Assembly: GCA_002419135.1 (NCBI GenBank)
Contig: DIFM01000026.1
Location: forward strand, 5,381 to 69,380
DNA from: Dehalococcoidia bacterium UBA5748
GTDB taxonomy: Bacteria; Chloroflexota; Dehalococcoidia; Dehalococcoidales; UBA5627
DNA: 64,000 bases
Direction of reading: 5' to 3'
Below the pieces are notes generated by a model, which was not told the DNA's origin, did not search any database, and saw nothing but the letters and a program-made list of their open reading frames with translations. This document shows, in pieces, positions 10,367 through 19,808 of the stretch. The position numbers were made by a program, and so were the translations under genes. Within the stretch, counting starts at the first letter, position 1. Each line of letters begins with the position of its first letter.

Positions 10367-10867
10367 ATGGAAACTATGAGATGCGCCGAGCATCCGGATG
10401 TAGAAACCGGTCTGCGCTGCGGTAAATGCGATAAACCTATATGCCCCAAATGCATGGTGGAAACGCCCGTGGGCGCGCGTTGCCGCGAATGTGCGCGGGT
10501 AAACAAACTGCCCACCTATGATGTGAGTAACAGACAGATGTTAATATCATCCGGTGTCGGTCTTTTAATAGCTGTCGCTTACGGTTTTCTGTGGGGAATG
10601 GTGAGCCTGTTTGTCAATTTTATGTTCCTGAATCTGCTGTTGGGAGCCGGCGCCGGCTACGTAATCAGTGAGGGAATGAGCCGGGTTATAAACCGTAAAA
10701 GGGGAACAAAACTGACAGTAATTGCCGGCGCTTTGGTTTTAGTAAGCGGCTTTGCCAGCATTTTCACACCGTTAGGTATCATTTTTTCATCTTCCCCCCA
10801 GTTCATTCTGCTGGATATTCTGGCGGTCGGTATCGGTATTTACGTTGCCGTTAACCGTTTGAGGTAG
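10367..10867 (+). CDS. B-box/zinc-ribbon membrane protein
   Basis: 166 aa. N-terminal CAEHP..CGKCDKPICPKC...CRECA is followed by 3-4 TM helices. Confidence 0.65.
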   Translation: METMRCAEHPDVETGLRCGKCDKPICPKCMVETPVGARCRECARVNKLPTYDVSNRQMLISSGVGLLIAVAYGFLWGMVSLFVNFMFLNLLLGAGAGYVISEGMSRVINRKRGTKLTVIAGALVLVSGFASIFTPLGIIFSSSPQFILLDILAVGIGIYVAVNRLR

Positions 10868-10921
10868 GGTACTGATAATATAGGAAATCTGTTTTATATT
10901 TTATAGAAAAATTCGAGAATA

Positions 10922-11188
10922 CCCCTTAGCTTGCTAGGGGGATGAATCGAGGTGGAGTTGAGTGGTAACGTTCCTTCTCTCCCCTAAATGCCTCCCAGCT
11001 TGCTGGGGGGTTCTTTACTTAATCTATTCGCGTTCGTCCTCGTATCTTGTCGAAGGATGTGCCTTTTTGAAGGGATTTGCGAATTTGGGGAGACTTTTAA
11101 CTCCTTTAAGTTACTGGGTATATAAACGGCCGTTATGGTTCGACAGGCTCACCACGAACGGCTAATATTAAGGCTCACCACGAACGAC
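10922..11188. repeat. cluster of short intergenic repeats
   Basis: Two AGCTTGCT-centred hairpins (ccccttagcttgctaggggg, cctcccagcttgctgggggg). An inverted copy of the ccttcgacag...gacgaacg unit sits at 11027-11056, and the 57-nt element at 11130-11188. Confidence 0.8.
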
Positions 11189-11276
11189 TTCTTAATTTCC
11201 GTAAATACTGAGAGTGCTTCGTGATGAGAATGGAATAAGACTTAAATTATGCTGATTGGATTACTGCAATTATAGT

Positions 11277-12053
11277 CTACTTGTAAAACAACCTGTCTTT
11301 AACCTGGTGAGCTATGGCAGACATCGTCTCGCCTGCTTTGGCATGAACGACAATGCTGGCTTGTGCGTCGAAAGGAGTGGGCGTGAGGTTAATTATTACC
11401 AGTATTGAGCCGGAATCTACCGCATAAGCCGGCAGATACGAAGCAGGATACACAGTCAGCCCGGAGCCGATGACTATCATCAGGTCGCAGGTGCAGGCGC
11501 GCTTCATAGCCTCGTTTAAGGTGTCTTCCGGCAGCGGTTCCCCGAAAAAGACCACATCTGCTTTTAAGATGCCCCCGCATTCCTCGCAGTATGGCGGTTC
11601 AGTTCCCGTTGTCTTTTCCATAACCTGTTGAAACGGGTATCTTCTGCCGCAGCTTAAACAAACAAAGGATTGCATATTGCCGTGCAGCTCGAGGACACGC
11701 TTATACGGAACACCCGCTTTTTGGTGCAGATTGTCTATGTTCTGTGTTATCACGCAGTCCAGTTTTCCCAGATGATATAGTTCGGCTATCGCCAAGTGGG
11801 CTTTGTTGGGTTCGGCAGAAATACTGAGTTCCTTAAAAAGTGCCCATTGTCTGCGGCGGGCGTCGGGATTATTTAAAAATCTCTCGTAGGAAAAGTCCTC
11901 CGGGTCGAAACGCCCCCAGATACCGCCAGGACCGCGAAAATCGGGTATGCCGGATTCCGTGCTGATACCGGCGCCGGTAAAAAAGGTCAAGCGCCTCGAT
12001 TGTAGAATCAACTCTGCAATCTTGTCTACTTTAGGGTCGTGATATTGCTCCAT
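11277..12053 (-). CDS. cobB: NAD-dependent protein deacylase, Sir2 family
   Basis: 258 aa. Motifs GAGISTESGIPDFRG, QNIDNLH and a Zn site CLSCG...CEECGG. Confidence 0.9.
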   Translation of the reverse strand: MEQYHDPKVDKIAELILQSRRLTFFTGAGISTESGIPDFRGPGGIWGRFDPEDFSYERFLNNPDARRRQWALFKELSISAEPNKAHLAIAELYHLGKLDCVITQNIDNLHQKAGVPYKRVLELHGNMQSFVCLSCGRRYPFQQVMEKTTGTEPPYCEECGGILKADVVFFGEPLPEDTLNEAMKRACTCDLMIVIGSGLTVYPASYLPAYAVDSGSILVIINLTPTPFDAQASIVVHAKAGETMSAIAHQVKDRLFYK

Positions 12054-12618
12054 CTTTCTCTCTCATAATATCAGCGGGGATAAGTGAATACATAACCCCA
12101 TCCATAATTTGCCCGTGTTGATATATCATATTTCTTAAAACACCTTCGCGGACTGCTCCTATTTTTTCGGCTACCCGCTGGCTGGCAGTGTTATCTGTTG
12201 CAGCTTTGATTTCGATACGGTTAAAATGCAGCCTTTCGAAACCGAATCTTGCCAGTAACAGGGTAGCTGATGATGCCACTCCCAGATTACAATACTGCTT
12301 TCTTATCCAGTATCCCAGGTTGGCTGTCATATTCTGATAATCGATGCGATTCAAACCGCACCAACCCATAACATTCTCTGTAGCCGGGTGAATAATGGTA
12401 AAGTTGTATTCCATTCCCCTGCCCCAAATAGTTTCACAGGCTTTCAGCCAGGTGCGGCTGTCACCAATATCATAATCTTTGGTAGCCCATGGCAGCCACT
12501 TCTCAAGTTCGTCAATTGATTCACGGACTGCATTATAATGTTCCTGCGCGTCTTCCACGCTGCAGCAGCGCAATAGCACTTCCCCGTCGCTTAAAGTTAT
12601 GGTTTTTTCGATTTTCAT
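12031..12618 (-). CDS. GNAT family N-acetyltransferase (RimJ/RimL-like)
   Basis: Acetyltransferase fold motifs (LGYWIRKQYCNLGVAS, RIEIKAATDNTASQRVAEKIG). I chose the MKIEKT start, which abuts the upstream stop; the alternative start is 12633. Confidence 0.85.
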   Translation of the reverse strand: MKIEKTITLSDGEVLLRCCSVEDAQEHYNAVRESIDELEKWLPWATKDYDIGDSRTWLKACETIWGRGMEYNFTIIHPATENVMGWCGLNRIDYQNMTANLGYWIRKQYCNLGVASSATLLLARFGFERLHFNRIEIKAATDNTASQRVAEKIGAVREGVLRNMIYQHGQIMDGVMYSLIPADIMREKDGAISRP

Positions 12619-12619
12619 T

Positions 12620-13294
12620 CTAAATCTTACCACTATGACTGCAAATTTGGCTAAGGCAACAGCCGCCGCAAACGGGTTTTTTATTACAGGCTTCCTTGGC
12701 GTGTTTTACGATTAAAGCATGGTATTCATTAAATACGATCACATCGGTTGCTAAATTTGACATAAAAAGCTTCTGATAGTAGTTGTAACTATCATCTTCA
12801 TTTGTTAAGCCGATACGGGAAAAAATACGTTTGGTATATGCATCTATAACGAAAAGCGGTTTACCCAGTGCATATAAAAGAATAGAGTCCGCCGTCTCCG
12901 GCCCGATGCCATAGACAGCCAACAATTCCTCGCGCAGTTTGTTCGATTTCACTGCGGACATCTGCTCGATATCATCCGAATAATTTTCGCCTAACCAGTA
13001 TACCAGTGATTTCAGTTTGCGGGCTTTCACATTATAGTATCCGCTGGGCTTGATTAACCCCGACAATTCGGAAAAAGGCATATTTCTGATTGCGCCCGGT
13101 GAAAGGGCCTGCGCCTTTTTTAAATTAGTGATGGCTTTCTCTACGTTTGTCCATGCCGCCGATTGTGTCAGGACAGCACCTATCATAACCTCGAACGGTG
13201 TCTGGGCAGGCCACCAGTGCTGGGGACCGTAGGCATCCAAAAGCCTGTCGTAGATAGTATTAACCGATAATTGTTCGCTTTTATCATCTTTCAT
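12620..13294 (-). CDS. endonuclease III-related HhH-GPD protein with Fe-S loop
   Basis: 224 aa. Helix-hairpin-helix LLAVYGIGPETADSILLYA, plus a C-terminal CNKKPVCGGCCLSQIC cluster. Confidence 0.85.
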   Translation of the reverse strand: MKDDKSEQLSVNTIYDRLLDAYGPQHWWPAQTPFEVMIGAVLTQSAAWTNVEKAITNLKKAQALSPGAIRNMPFSELSGLIKPSGYYNVKARKLKSLVYWLGENYSDDIEQMSAVKSNKLREELLAVYGIGPETADSILLYALGKPLFVIDAYTKRIFSRIGLTNEDDSYNYYQKLFMSNLATDVIVFNEYHALIVKHAKEACNKKPVCGGCCLSQICSHSGKI

Positions 13295-13421
13295 AAATAA
13301 ACACCGGTATACAATCGAATATTATAGCACGGGACAATTTTATAGATTAATTAACGGGGTCGATTATTGAATACAACCCCGTTAATTATAAAACTTAAAT
13401 TAGTTTTATGCCCCGATATTT

Positions 13422-14660
13422 TTATTCCAGCGGAGTCAGGGTAAGCAACTTTTTAGCGATGTCGGGGTATGAAGCAATGAATTTGAGCTCATCCTCGGTA
13501 AGCGGTTTCTGCGCTTCGACGTTGGCAAACCTTACCAGTTCCAGTATTCTGTTGGCTTCATTCCTGTCATTAAAGGAAATCGACATATTCCCCATAATGT
13601 GGCTGAAACCCGAAATGCCGCTGTATTCGCCGGCACAGATTTCCCTGCCGGTTTCAACCAGTTCGGGGTCTCCCCTGCCCAGCTCCTCATAGCCATAGAG
13701 TTCATAGTTCTCCGGGTCTTTGAGCACACCGTCGGCATGAATGCCGGATTCATGTGCAAATGCATTGGCACCTACGCCTACCTGATTGATGGGAATGGGA
13801 ACTTCAAAGGCATAACTGGCGAACTTGGCAATCTTATATGCTTTGGAAAGGTCAATACCATTTCCCAGTTGATATTTTTCATTAAACCCTTTGGATTTGG
13901 TAATGGCAAGGATAGTAGCCACCAGGTCTGCATTTCCGCAGCGCTCGCCGATACCGTTAATGGTGGTGTTGATGTAAGCGTCCTGTCCGCCGTCGATAAC
14001 ACCCTTGGCTCCGGCAATCGAAGTTGCCACAGCCATTCCAAGGTCGCCGTGACAGTGGAGTTCTATCGGAAGCTCTACATTCTCCGCCAGCTCTTTTGCG
14101 GTTTCATAAATCGAGAAAGGGTTATCGTAACCCAGTGTATCGCAATATCTTAACCTTTCAGCGCCATGTTCTTTGGCTGCTTTCCCGAATTTAATCAGAT
14201 AATCTATGTCCGTTCTTGAAGCATCCTCGGCATTTACTCCGATGGTTTTGGTTCCGTGGGCTTTAGCTGCTTCAATTGCGGCTATCATATCGTTGATTAT
14301 ATCGTCGCGGTTTTTCCTACCCTGGAATTTTCCGTTAATCATCTGGTCGGAAGTGGAGATTGACAGGTTAAGATGCTCCAGACCGGGCACCATTTTATAG
14401 GCTAACTCGACATCGGCAATCATAGCCCTTATCCATCCCTCCAGCCTCATATGCTTTATAACACCGAGTTTAGCCAGCTCCAGATTGGCCTGTAAATAAT
14501 TGGATTCGTGTTTGGTAGTCGGGAAACCGAATTCCGATTGGAATACTCCCATTTCGTCCAGATAGATATTTATCATGGTCTTTTCCAGCTTGGAAAGACC
14601 TAACTTTGCTGTTTGAACACCATCCCTGTTGGTTACGTCAACTAAATAAATTTTTGGCAT
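13422..14660 (-). CDS. HMGL-like family synthase (2-isopropylmalate / homocitrate / citramalate synthase-type)
   Basis: Start moved to MPKIYLVDVTNRDGVQ (Met24 of the ORF). TIM-barrel motifs HCHGDLGMAVA and HESGIH are present. The substrate cannot be told from sequence alone. Confidence 0.85.
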   Translation of the reverse strand: MPKIYLVDVTNRDGVQTAKLGLSKLEKTMINIYLDEMGVFQSEFGFPTTKHESNYLQANLELAKLGVIKHMRLEGWIRAMIADVELAYKMVPGLEHLNLSISTSDQMINGKFQGRKNRDDIINDMIAAIEAAKAHGTKTIGVNAEDASRTDIDYLIKFGKAAKEHGAERLRYCDTLGYDNPFSIYETAKELAENVELPIELHCHGDLGMAVATSIAGAKGVIDGGQDAYINTTINGIGERCGNADLVATILAITKSKGFNEKYQLGNGIDLSKAYKIAKFASYAFEVPIPINQVGVGANAFAHESGIHADGVLKDPENYELYGYEELGRGDPELVETGREICAGEYSGISGFSHIMGNMSISFNDRNEANRILELVRFANVEAQKPLTEDELKFIASYPDIAKKLLTLTPLE

Positions 14661-14857
14661 ATTTCTACCTCTTTTTGTAAAATAAGAAACATTAACCCAT
14701 GATGAATGGTTAATAGATAATGGTAGCACAATATTCTTTCGGCGGCAATTATGTGCTAAAATTAAGCAGGGTTTTTAATCCTGCATTAGATAACTAAACA
14801 GCTATGTTAACTAAAAATAATTATATTGAATTAACGTTATAATCAGGGGGCAGCGGA

Positions 14858-15895
14858 ATGGAAAAGATAAAAGTTGGGATTGTGAATGTTACCGGCTATG
14901 CCGGCATAGAATTAGCCCGATTGCTGGTACGGCATCCGGCTGCCCGGCTTGTTTCGGTTACCGGCAGAAGCTCCGCCGGACAAAAGCTGGCCGATGTTTT
15001 TCCGCATATGACGGGCGCTGCCGACCTTATCATAGAATCCGAACTTTCTGATGTCGATTTCGCTTTTGTAGCCATGCCCCATAAGGAGAGCGCGCTGGAA
15101 GTGATGAAACTTATCGAACGCGGTATTAAAGTGGTGGATATCAGCGCCGATTTCCGTTTAAGCAACCCCGAGGATTATAACGAATGGTATGGTTTTACCC
15201 ATCCCTCACCGGAGCTGTTGGATAAGGCGGTTTACGGGCTGCCCGAGCTGTATCGTAAAGATATTGAATCGGCCAATCTGGTAGCCAATCCCGGCTGTTA
15301 TCCCACCGCCGCTATACTGGCTATGGCTCCGGCAGTCAAGCAAGGCATCATTTCTGAAGATATCATCATCGACAGCAAATCGGGGCTATCCGGCGCCGGC
15401 AGAACTCTGACTACCGTCAGCCACTATTCGGAAGCAAACGAAAACACCGCTGCTTATGCCTTGAAAGGGCATCGCCATCTGCCGGAAATCGTACAGGAAC
15501 TCACTTATCTTAATGGCGAAACGGTAAATGTAACCTTCGTTCCTCACATTGTTCCGATGACCCGCGGTATTTTATCCACCTGCTATGCTGCTTTAAGGGA
15601 GGAGTTTGTCGAGAAGGAAGATATTCAGGTAGAAATCAACGCTATCTACAAGGAATTTTATAAGGATGCGCCTTTTGTTAAGGTAGTCGATAATCCACCG
15701 CATACCAAGAATGTCTGGGGCAGTAATATGTGCCATATCTATCCGTTCGTCGATACGAGGACAGGCCGTCTTATAGTCATTAGCTGTATAGATAATCTGG
15801 TAAAGGGCGCGGCCGGACAGGCCATTCAGAATATGAATATCATGTCGGGTTTTGCCGAAACTGCCGGTCTGGAAGCCCCGCCTATATATCCGTAA
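14858..15895 (+). CDS. argC: N-acetyl-gamma-glutamyl-phosphate reductase
   Basis: 345 aa. N-terminal Rossmann motif VGIVNVTGYAGIEL and active-site NPGCYPTA. Confidence 0.93.
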   Translation: MEKIKVGIVNVTGYAGIELARLLVRHPAARLVSVTGRSSAGQKLADVFPHMTGAADLIIESELSDVDFAFVAMPHKESALEVMKLIERGIKVVDISADFRLSNPEDYNEWYGFTHPSPELLDKAVYGLPELYRKDIESANLVANPGCYPTAAILAMAPAVKQGIISEDIIIDSKSGLSGAGRTLTTVSHYSEANENTAAYALKGHRHLPEIVQELTYLNGETVNVTFVPHIVPMTRGILSTCYAALREEFVEKEDIQVEINAIYKEFYKDAPFVKVVDNPPHTKNVWGSNMCHIYPFVDTRTGRLIVISCIDNLVKGAAGQAIQNMNIMSGFAETAGLEAPPIYP

Positions 15896-15908
15896 AAACT
15901 CTTCTTAT

Positions 15909-16265
15909 ACCCTCATCCGTCATATAGATATGCCACCTTCCCCCGGGGGAAGGCATTTTTCGTAGGGGCGACCATTGGTCGTCCGCCCACCACCATCGAG
16001 ATTCAGTGTAACAATCACTCTTAAAAATAACATGTATTCAAATAAAAAATCGTATTAAATCCCCTCTGACTCCCCTTTCCCAAAGTGGAGGAAACGGTCA
16101 TATTCTATCAGGAAAGGAAGATGACAATCGGATTAATCCCTGCGTGGTTCGGCAAGTTCAATATAGTAAATGTCATTCTGAGGAAGTATTACGACCGAAG
16201 AATCTATACAGTTATCGTATGGTGAATAGATCCTTCACTGCGTTCAGGATGACATTTCTGTATTA
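15909..16265. repeat. non-coding region packed with at least four short repeat types
   Basis: accctcatccg...tgccaccttcccccgggggaaggca (also at 19937-20001). Also present: ggggcgaccattggtcgtccgcc, gtcattctgaggaag...cgaccgaagaatc and gatccttcactgcgttcaggatgaca. Confidence 0.75.
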
Positions 16266-16370
16266 CGTGTTACTTAATAAAAAACTGTTTTCTGGCGTTA
16301 TTCAAAAAAATATTAGTGCCACTTAATGGTCACAATGATAAAAAAACATATGCACCAGCACAGGTTCAAT

Positions 16371-16748
16371 TCAGGAATAGATATCTCTTTTTCTTAAAAG
16401 CTTTAGAGAAATGAATCCCAGTATGCCGGAAATAAGGTATGGAAAACTAAGTATGCTCCACATACCGATATTATCCCATGTACTACTATCAGAAAGCACC
16501 CATATGGCTGTTCCTGCAATTAACGAGTTGACAATGAAGAGCACACTGGAAGCCAACGGTCTCTTCCATGACAGGATGATGCCCGATAACCCGATTATTA
16601 TTATCACCAGCCCAAATATATGGATTGTCCCAAAGTCATGAGGCCACCTGTATCCCCCCAACAGAAATCCTGCTATCAGCCCCCAGCTGATTAATATTGT
16701 TACAAGTGATGTTAAAATGAGACCTATCCAAATCAAGGTCTTTGCCAT
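16371..16748 (-). CDS. small integral membrane protein
   Basis: 125 aa with four predicted hydrophobic helices. Last gene of the minus-strand trio 18523-16371. Confidence 0.55.
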   Translation of the reverse strand: MAKTLIWIGLILTSLVTILISWGLIAGFLLGGYRWPHDFGTIHIFGLVIIIIGLSGIILSWKRPLASSVLFIVNSLIAGTAIWVLSDSSTWDNIGMWSILSFPYLISGILGFISLKLLRKRDIYS

Positions 16749-16759
16749 GCATGTACCCC

Positions 16760-17665
16760 CTAAAATCCTTTTCTGGCATCGACGTATTGAATGAATATGG
16801 ATGGATTACCATCGAGTGTATCCAGATATTCCCCTTCAAAGACATATACAGGGTATACATAATCCTGGGCTTGTGTCATCGAATCCAGATAATATCCAAG
16901 CGATACTTCAGTTATCCTGACATCCCGGCCTTCTCCCATTCCCAGAGGCTGCAGCATCAGTCGATTATTAATGAGGTCCTGATAAGCCTGTTGTGCGGTC
17001 TTTAACGAAACAGCCATATCGGTTTTTTCATATTCCGCATGATACCAGTGAACCTGTACTACTTCGCCACCATCACCAATCCTGACACTCATTTTTTTAC
17101 CGATTACTGCTGCCGGGAAATCGCCGATATCATAATCAAAGACAACCGACAGATGGGCAACTCCATAGTAATAAGTGCCTCCTGCCACAACCTCCTTAAC
17201 CCGGATATCAGGAGTGAGCAGTCCCTTATCGGCCAGGAATTTTATTGCAATATCCTCCGCTGTTTTATCATCGGGAAGAGATGGCTTTTCAGCCGGATAC
17301 AGCTTTTTCATACTTGTATGGTACAAAATTGCTCCTGTTTCAGTTGCCATCTCAAGACCTTCATCGGTATATTTATTTTTTAGAAAATAGAGGTCAGAAC
17401 CATCGTTAAAGTCTACTGAAGGTTCGAAAACTCCAAACCAGTTACCAATATTCAGGGCGTACTCTTCGGTAACGTCAGGATGTTTTATCCGGTATACCGG
17501 CACAGTATCAGGCGTATCGGGCAGAGAGGTGTCAAGTTGGTAATTGTTGTTCATCCATCCCAATTGATTTGATACCATCTCCAATGGTTGTGAGCAGCCG
17601 CTTGTCCCTAACAAGCTGGCGGTCATTAATAAGGTAACTAATATTACAGTAATATATCTTTTCAT
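16760..17665 (-). CDS. lipoprotein, unknown function
   Basis: Start moved to MKRYITVILVTLLMTASLLGTSGC (signal peptide plus lipobox Cys), preceded by AGGAG. The rest has no recognised family. Confidence 0.65.
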   Translation of the reverse strand: MKRYITVILVTLLMTASLLGTSGCSQPLEMVSNQLGWMNNNYQLDTSLPDTPDTVPVYRIKHPDVTEEYALNIGNWFGVFEPSVDFNDGSDLYFLKNKYTDEGLEMATETGAILYHTSMKKLYPAEKPSLPDDKTAEDIAIKFLADKGLLTPDIRVKEVVAGGTYYYGVAHLSVVFDYDIGDFPAAVIGKKMSVRIGDGGEVVQVHWYHAEYEKTDMAVSLKTAQQAYQDLINNRLMLQPLGMGEGRDVRITEVSLGYYLDSMTQAQDYVYPVYVFEGEYLDTLDGNPSIFIQYVDARKGF

Positions 17666-17725
17666 GATTGTTACTCCTTGACAGATTGTTCTTTTTATCC
17701 TAACAGCATATATCATGTCTGATTA

Positions 17726-18523
17726 TTAGAGCGGATAATCTATGCTATAATAGTCCCCATCAGGTTCTAAATCAGCTTGGGTGTCCCCAAAGCCCCAAAT
17801 ACAATCATCAAAATAGCACTCTTCTTCAAAAATAATTCTTAAATTCGTTCCGGATGGTTGTGTCCAAGAACAGCCCCAAAACCATGCATCTGCAACACTC
17901 TCCCCAGAACACAAATACTCAGCGATTCGCGTTCCTGCTGTAGTATGTCCATACATTGAGGTAGACGCACCACAAATCATATGGACTCCATCTAAAGCCT
18001 GCGCAAACTTGCCGTTTGATTTTTGGTAGTTATCAGAGGCAGCGTTATCTCCCATCAATGTATTACAGGCAAATAGCATCACCCACTCTAAGTCGGTTTC
18101 TCCCCACTGTGCTTCCAGATAATCAACTGTATTACTGTTGCCCAAAGGATTTTGATCGTTTACAAGCGGTATATAATCTTCGCCGCCGTGACCGCAAAAG
18201 AAGAATAGATCGACCCCGTCGGCACTATCATTGTCATTGTCGACGAAAGGCCCCTCTTCATCAATATCATGGTGAATAAAATTCCGCTGCCACGGATAAT
18301 AATTATCCAGATAATTCACGAAACCAACGGTTACATCTTCGGTTATGGGGCGATCCCCCCAAGGAATACCTAGCCAGCATTGATAGTCCGCATTATAAAT
18401 ACCGCCAACTTCAATTAATCCATCATCATCCTCCACAGCTAGTGCCAATGCACTTTCACCTGCACCGATGGATAAAACGAGAGCCATGATTAGTGAAAGG
18501 ATTATCGTTCTTTTCTTATACAT
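17726..18523 (-). CDS. secreted protein with caspase-fold-like His/Cys dyad
   Basis: 265 aa with an N-terminal signal peptide. A hydrophobic strand plus GHGG (LFFFCGHGG) is followed, about 47 residues later, by a hydrophobic strand plus AC (VMLFACN). Confidence 0.6.
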   Translation of the reverse strand: MYKKRTIILSLIMALVLSIGAGESALALAVEDDDGLIEVGGIYNADYQCWLGIPWGDRPITEDVTVGFVNYLDNYYPWQRNFIHHDIDEEGPFVDNDNDSADGVDLFFFCGHGGEDYIPLVNDQNPLGNSNTVDYLEAQWGETDLEWVMLFACNTLMGDNAASDNYQKSNGKFAQALDGVHMICGASTSMYGHTTAGTRIAEYLCSGESVADAWFWGCSWTQPSGTNLRIIFEEECYFDDCIWGFGDTQADLEPDGDYYSIDYPL

Positions 18524-18727
18524 TCATCTTTTCCTCACTTGCCATACTCCATAAAGCCTGTTTGTTAATCTTCATAACTAGCCTTTCCTAATTACCTGTC
18601 TAATATGATAGACGGAATAGAGGAGTAAAAAGTTCCACTTTTCTTTGAAAACCTCTATTATTTGGATTGGGTAACAGGGTTTAATCTTAAAGTGTTACAA
18701 TAAAGACTATTAAAACAACATTTAGCT

Positions 18728-19288
18728 TTGGATAAAATGGACGATGTAGAAGAAAGTAAGCTAATTGGGCTAAGTCAGCAAGGAAGCGTAGATGCATTCA
18801 ACGCACTCATAGAATGCTACCAGAAAGAAGCCTTAAAGATAGCTTTTCGTATACTGGGCAATTTGTCGGATGCGGAAGATGTTTGCCAGACCGCATGGAT
18901 GTCTGCCTGGAAATCTATTAAAAATTTTCGAGGGGGCAGCTTTCGGGCATGGATATTCAGCATAGTAGCCAACGCTTGCCGGGATGAATTACGTAAACGT
19001 AAGCGAAAGCGAAACATGGAAACAAGTATTCCCGATTGTCCACTGCCGTCTACAGACGTTCTTACAGATGACATAGTTTTGACCCGAGAAAAGGTAGAAG
19101 CTGTTCAGAAAGCATTACTCCGGTTGCCTTACGAACAACGCCTGGCTGTGATTTTACGTGTATATGTAGACATGAATTATAAAGAAATATCCAAAGTGAT
19201 GAAATGTCCTTTAGGTACCGTCAGGTCGAGATTGAACCGGGGATTACATCGTTTAAGAGACCTTTTACGAGACGGAGAATGTTTGTAA
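18728..19288 (+). CDS. ECF-type RNA polymerase sigma factor
   Basis: 186 aa. Region 2 is AEDVCQTAWMSAW...FRAWIFSIVANACRD and region 4 is NYKEISKVMKCPLGTVRSRLNRG. TTG start; alternative ATG at 18737. Confidence 0.88.
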   Translation: MDKMDDVEESKLIGLSQQGSVDAFNALIECYQKEALKIAFRILGNLSDAEDVCQTAWMSAWKSIKNFRGGSFRAWIFSIVANACRDELRKRKRKRNMETSIPDCPLPSTDVLTDDIVLTREKVEAVQKALLRLPYEQRLAVILRVYVDMNYKEISKVMKCPLGTVRSRLNRGLHRLRDLLRDGECL

Positions 19289-19337
19289 AAAGACGGTTTT
19301 AAAATTATACTCGAAATATAAGTCGAGGATTTAAGGA

Positions 19338-19808
19338 ATGAAAACCTGGTTTAAACGCTTTTATAAAACAGAATGCTCGAGGACAAGAGAGCAGCTGACA
19401 TCGTATCTCGATGGCGAGCTTGGTGCAAAAGAGCTACAGGAATTGGAACTACATCTCAAGTCCTGCCGGACATGCCGTGAAGAATACGACTCACTCAGGC
19501 AGACGATAGGCCTTTTGCGGCAGATGCCGGAAGTAAGCTCCGAACGTACTTTTAGAATAGATGAAAAGAATGTTACGACGAAACCTGGCGATAGAAAGCT
19601 CTTAATTCTTTATAGGGCCGTAGCCGGGGTTGCCATTATTCTGGCATTGGTTTGTATCGGGGATTTCGGGCATTTATTTATGCCAACAGGGGAGTCGCCG
19701 TTAGGAGGCTATCCCTGGTTAGTAAGAGGAATTGAGCTAGGACTATTTGTTATTTTAGGCGCATTAGGGCTTCGCATTCTTATCCACCTGTTTAGACGAC
19801 GGAAGTAA
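19338..19808 (+). CDS. anti-sigma factor (zf-HC2 type), membrane anchored
   Basis: 156 aa. HLKSCRTCREEY is a putative zinc-finger motif, with two C-terminal TM helices. Lies immediately after the ECF sigma gene. Confidence 0.75.
   Translation: MKTWFKRFYKTECSRTREQLTSYLDGELGAKELQELELHLKSCRTCREEYDSLRQTIGLLRQMPEVSSERTFRIDEKNVTTKPGDRKLLILYRAVAGVAIILALVCIGDFGHLFMPTGESPLGGYPWLVRGIELGLFVILGALGLRILIHLFRRRK

Noticed and set aside
10962-11165. Short ORFs 10962..11165, 16144..16326 and 20108..20311 in intergenic regions
   Set aside because: They are translations of the dispersed repeat units (for example ...FDRLTTNG, ...RSFTAFRMT). The same DNA recurs in other places and orientations, so they are repeats, not genes.
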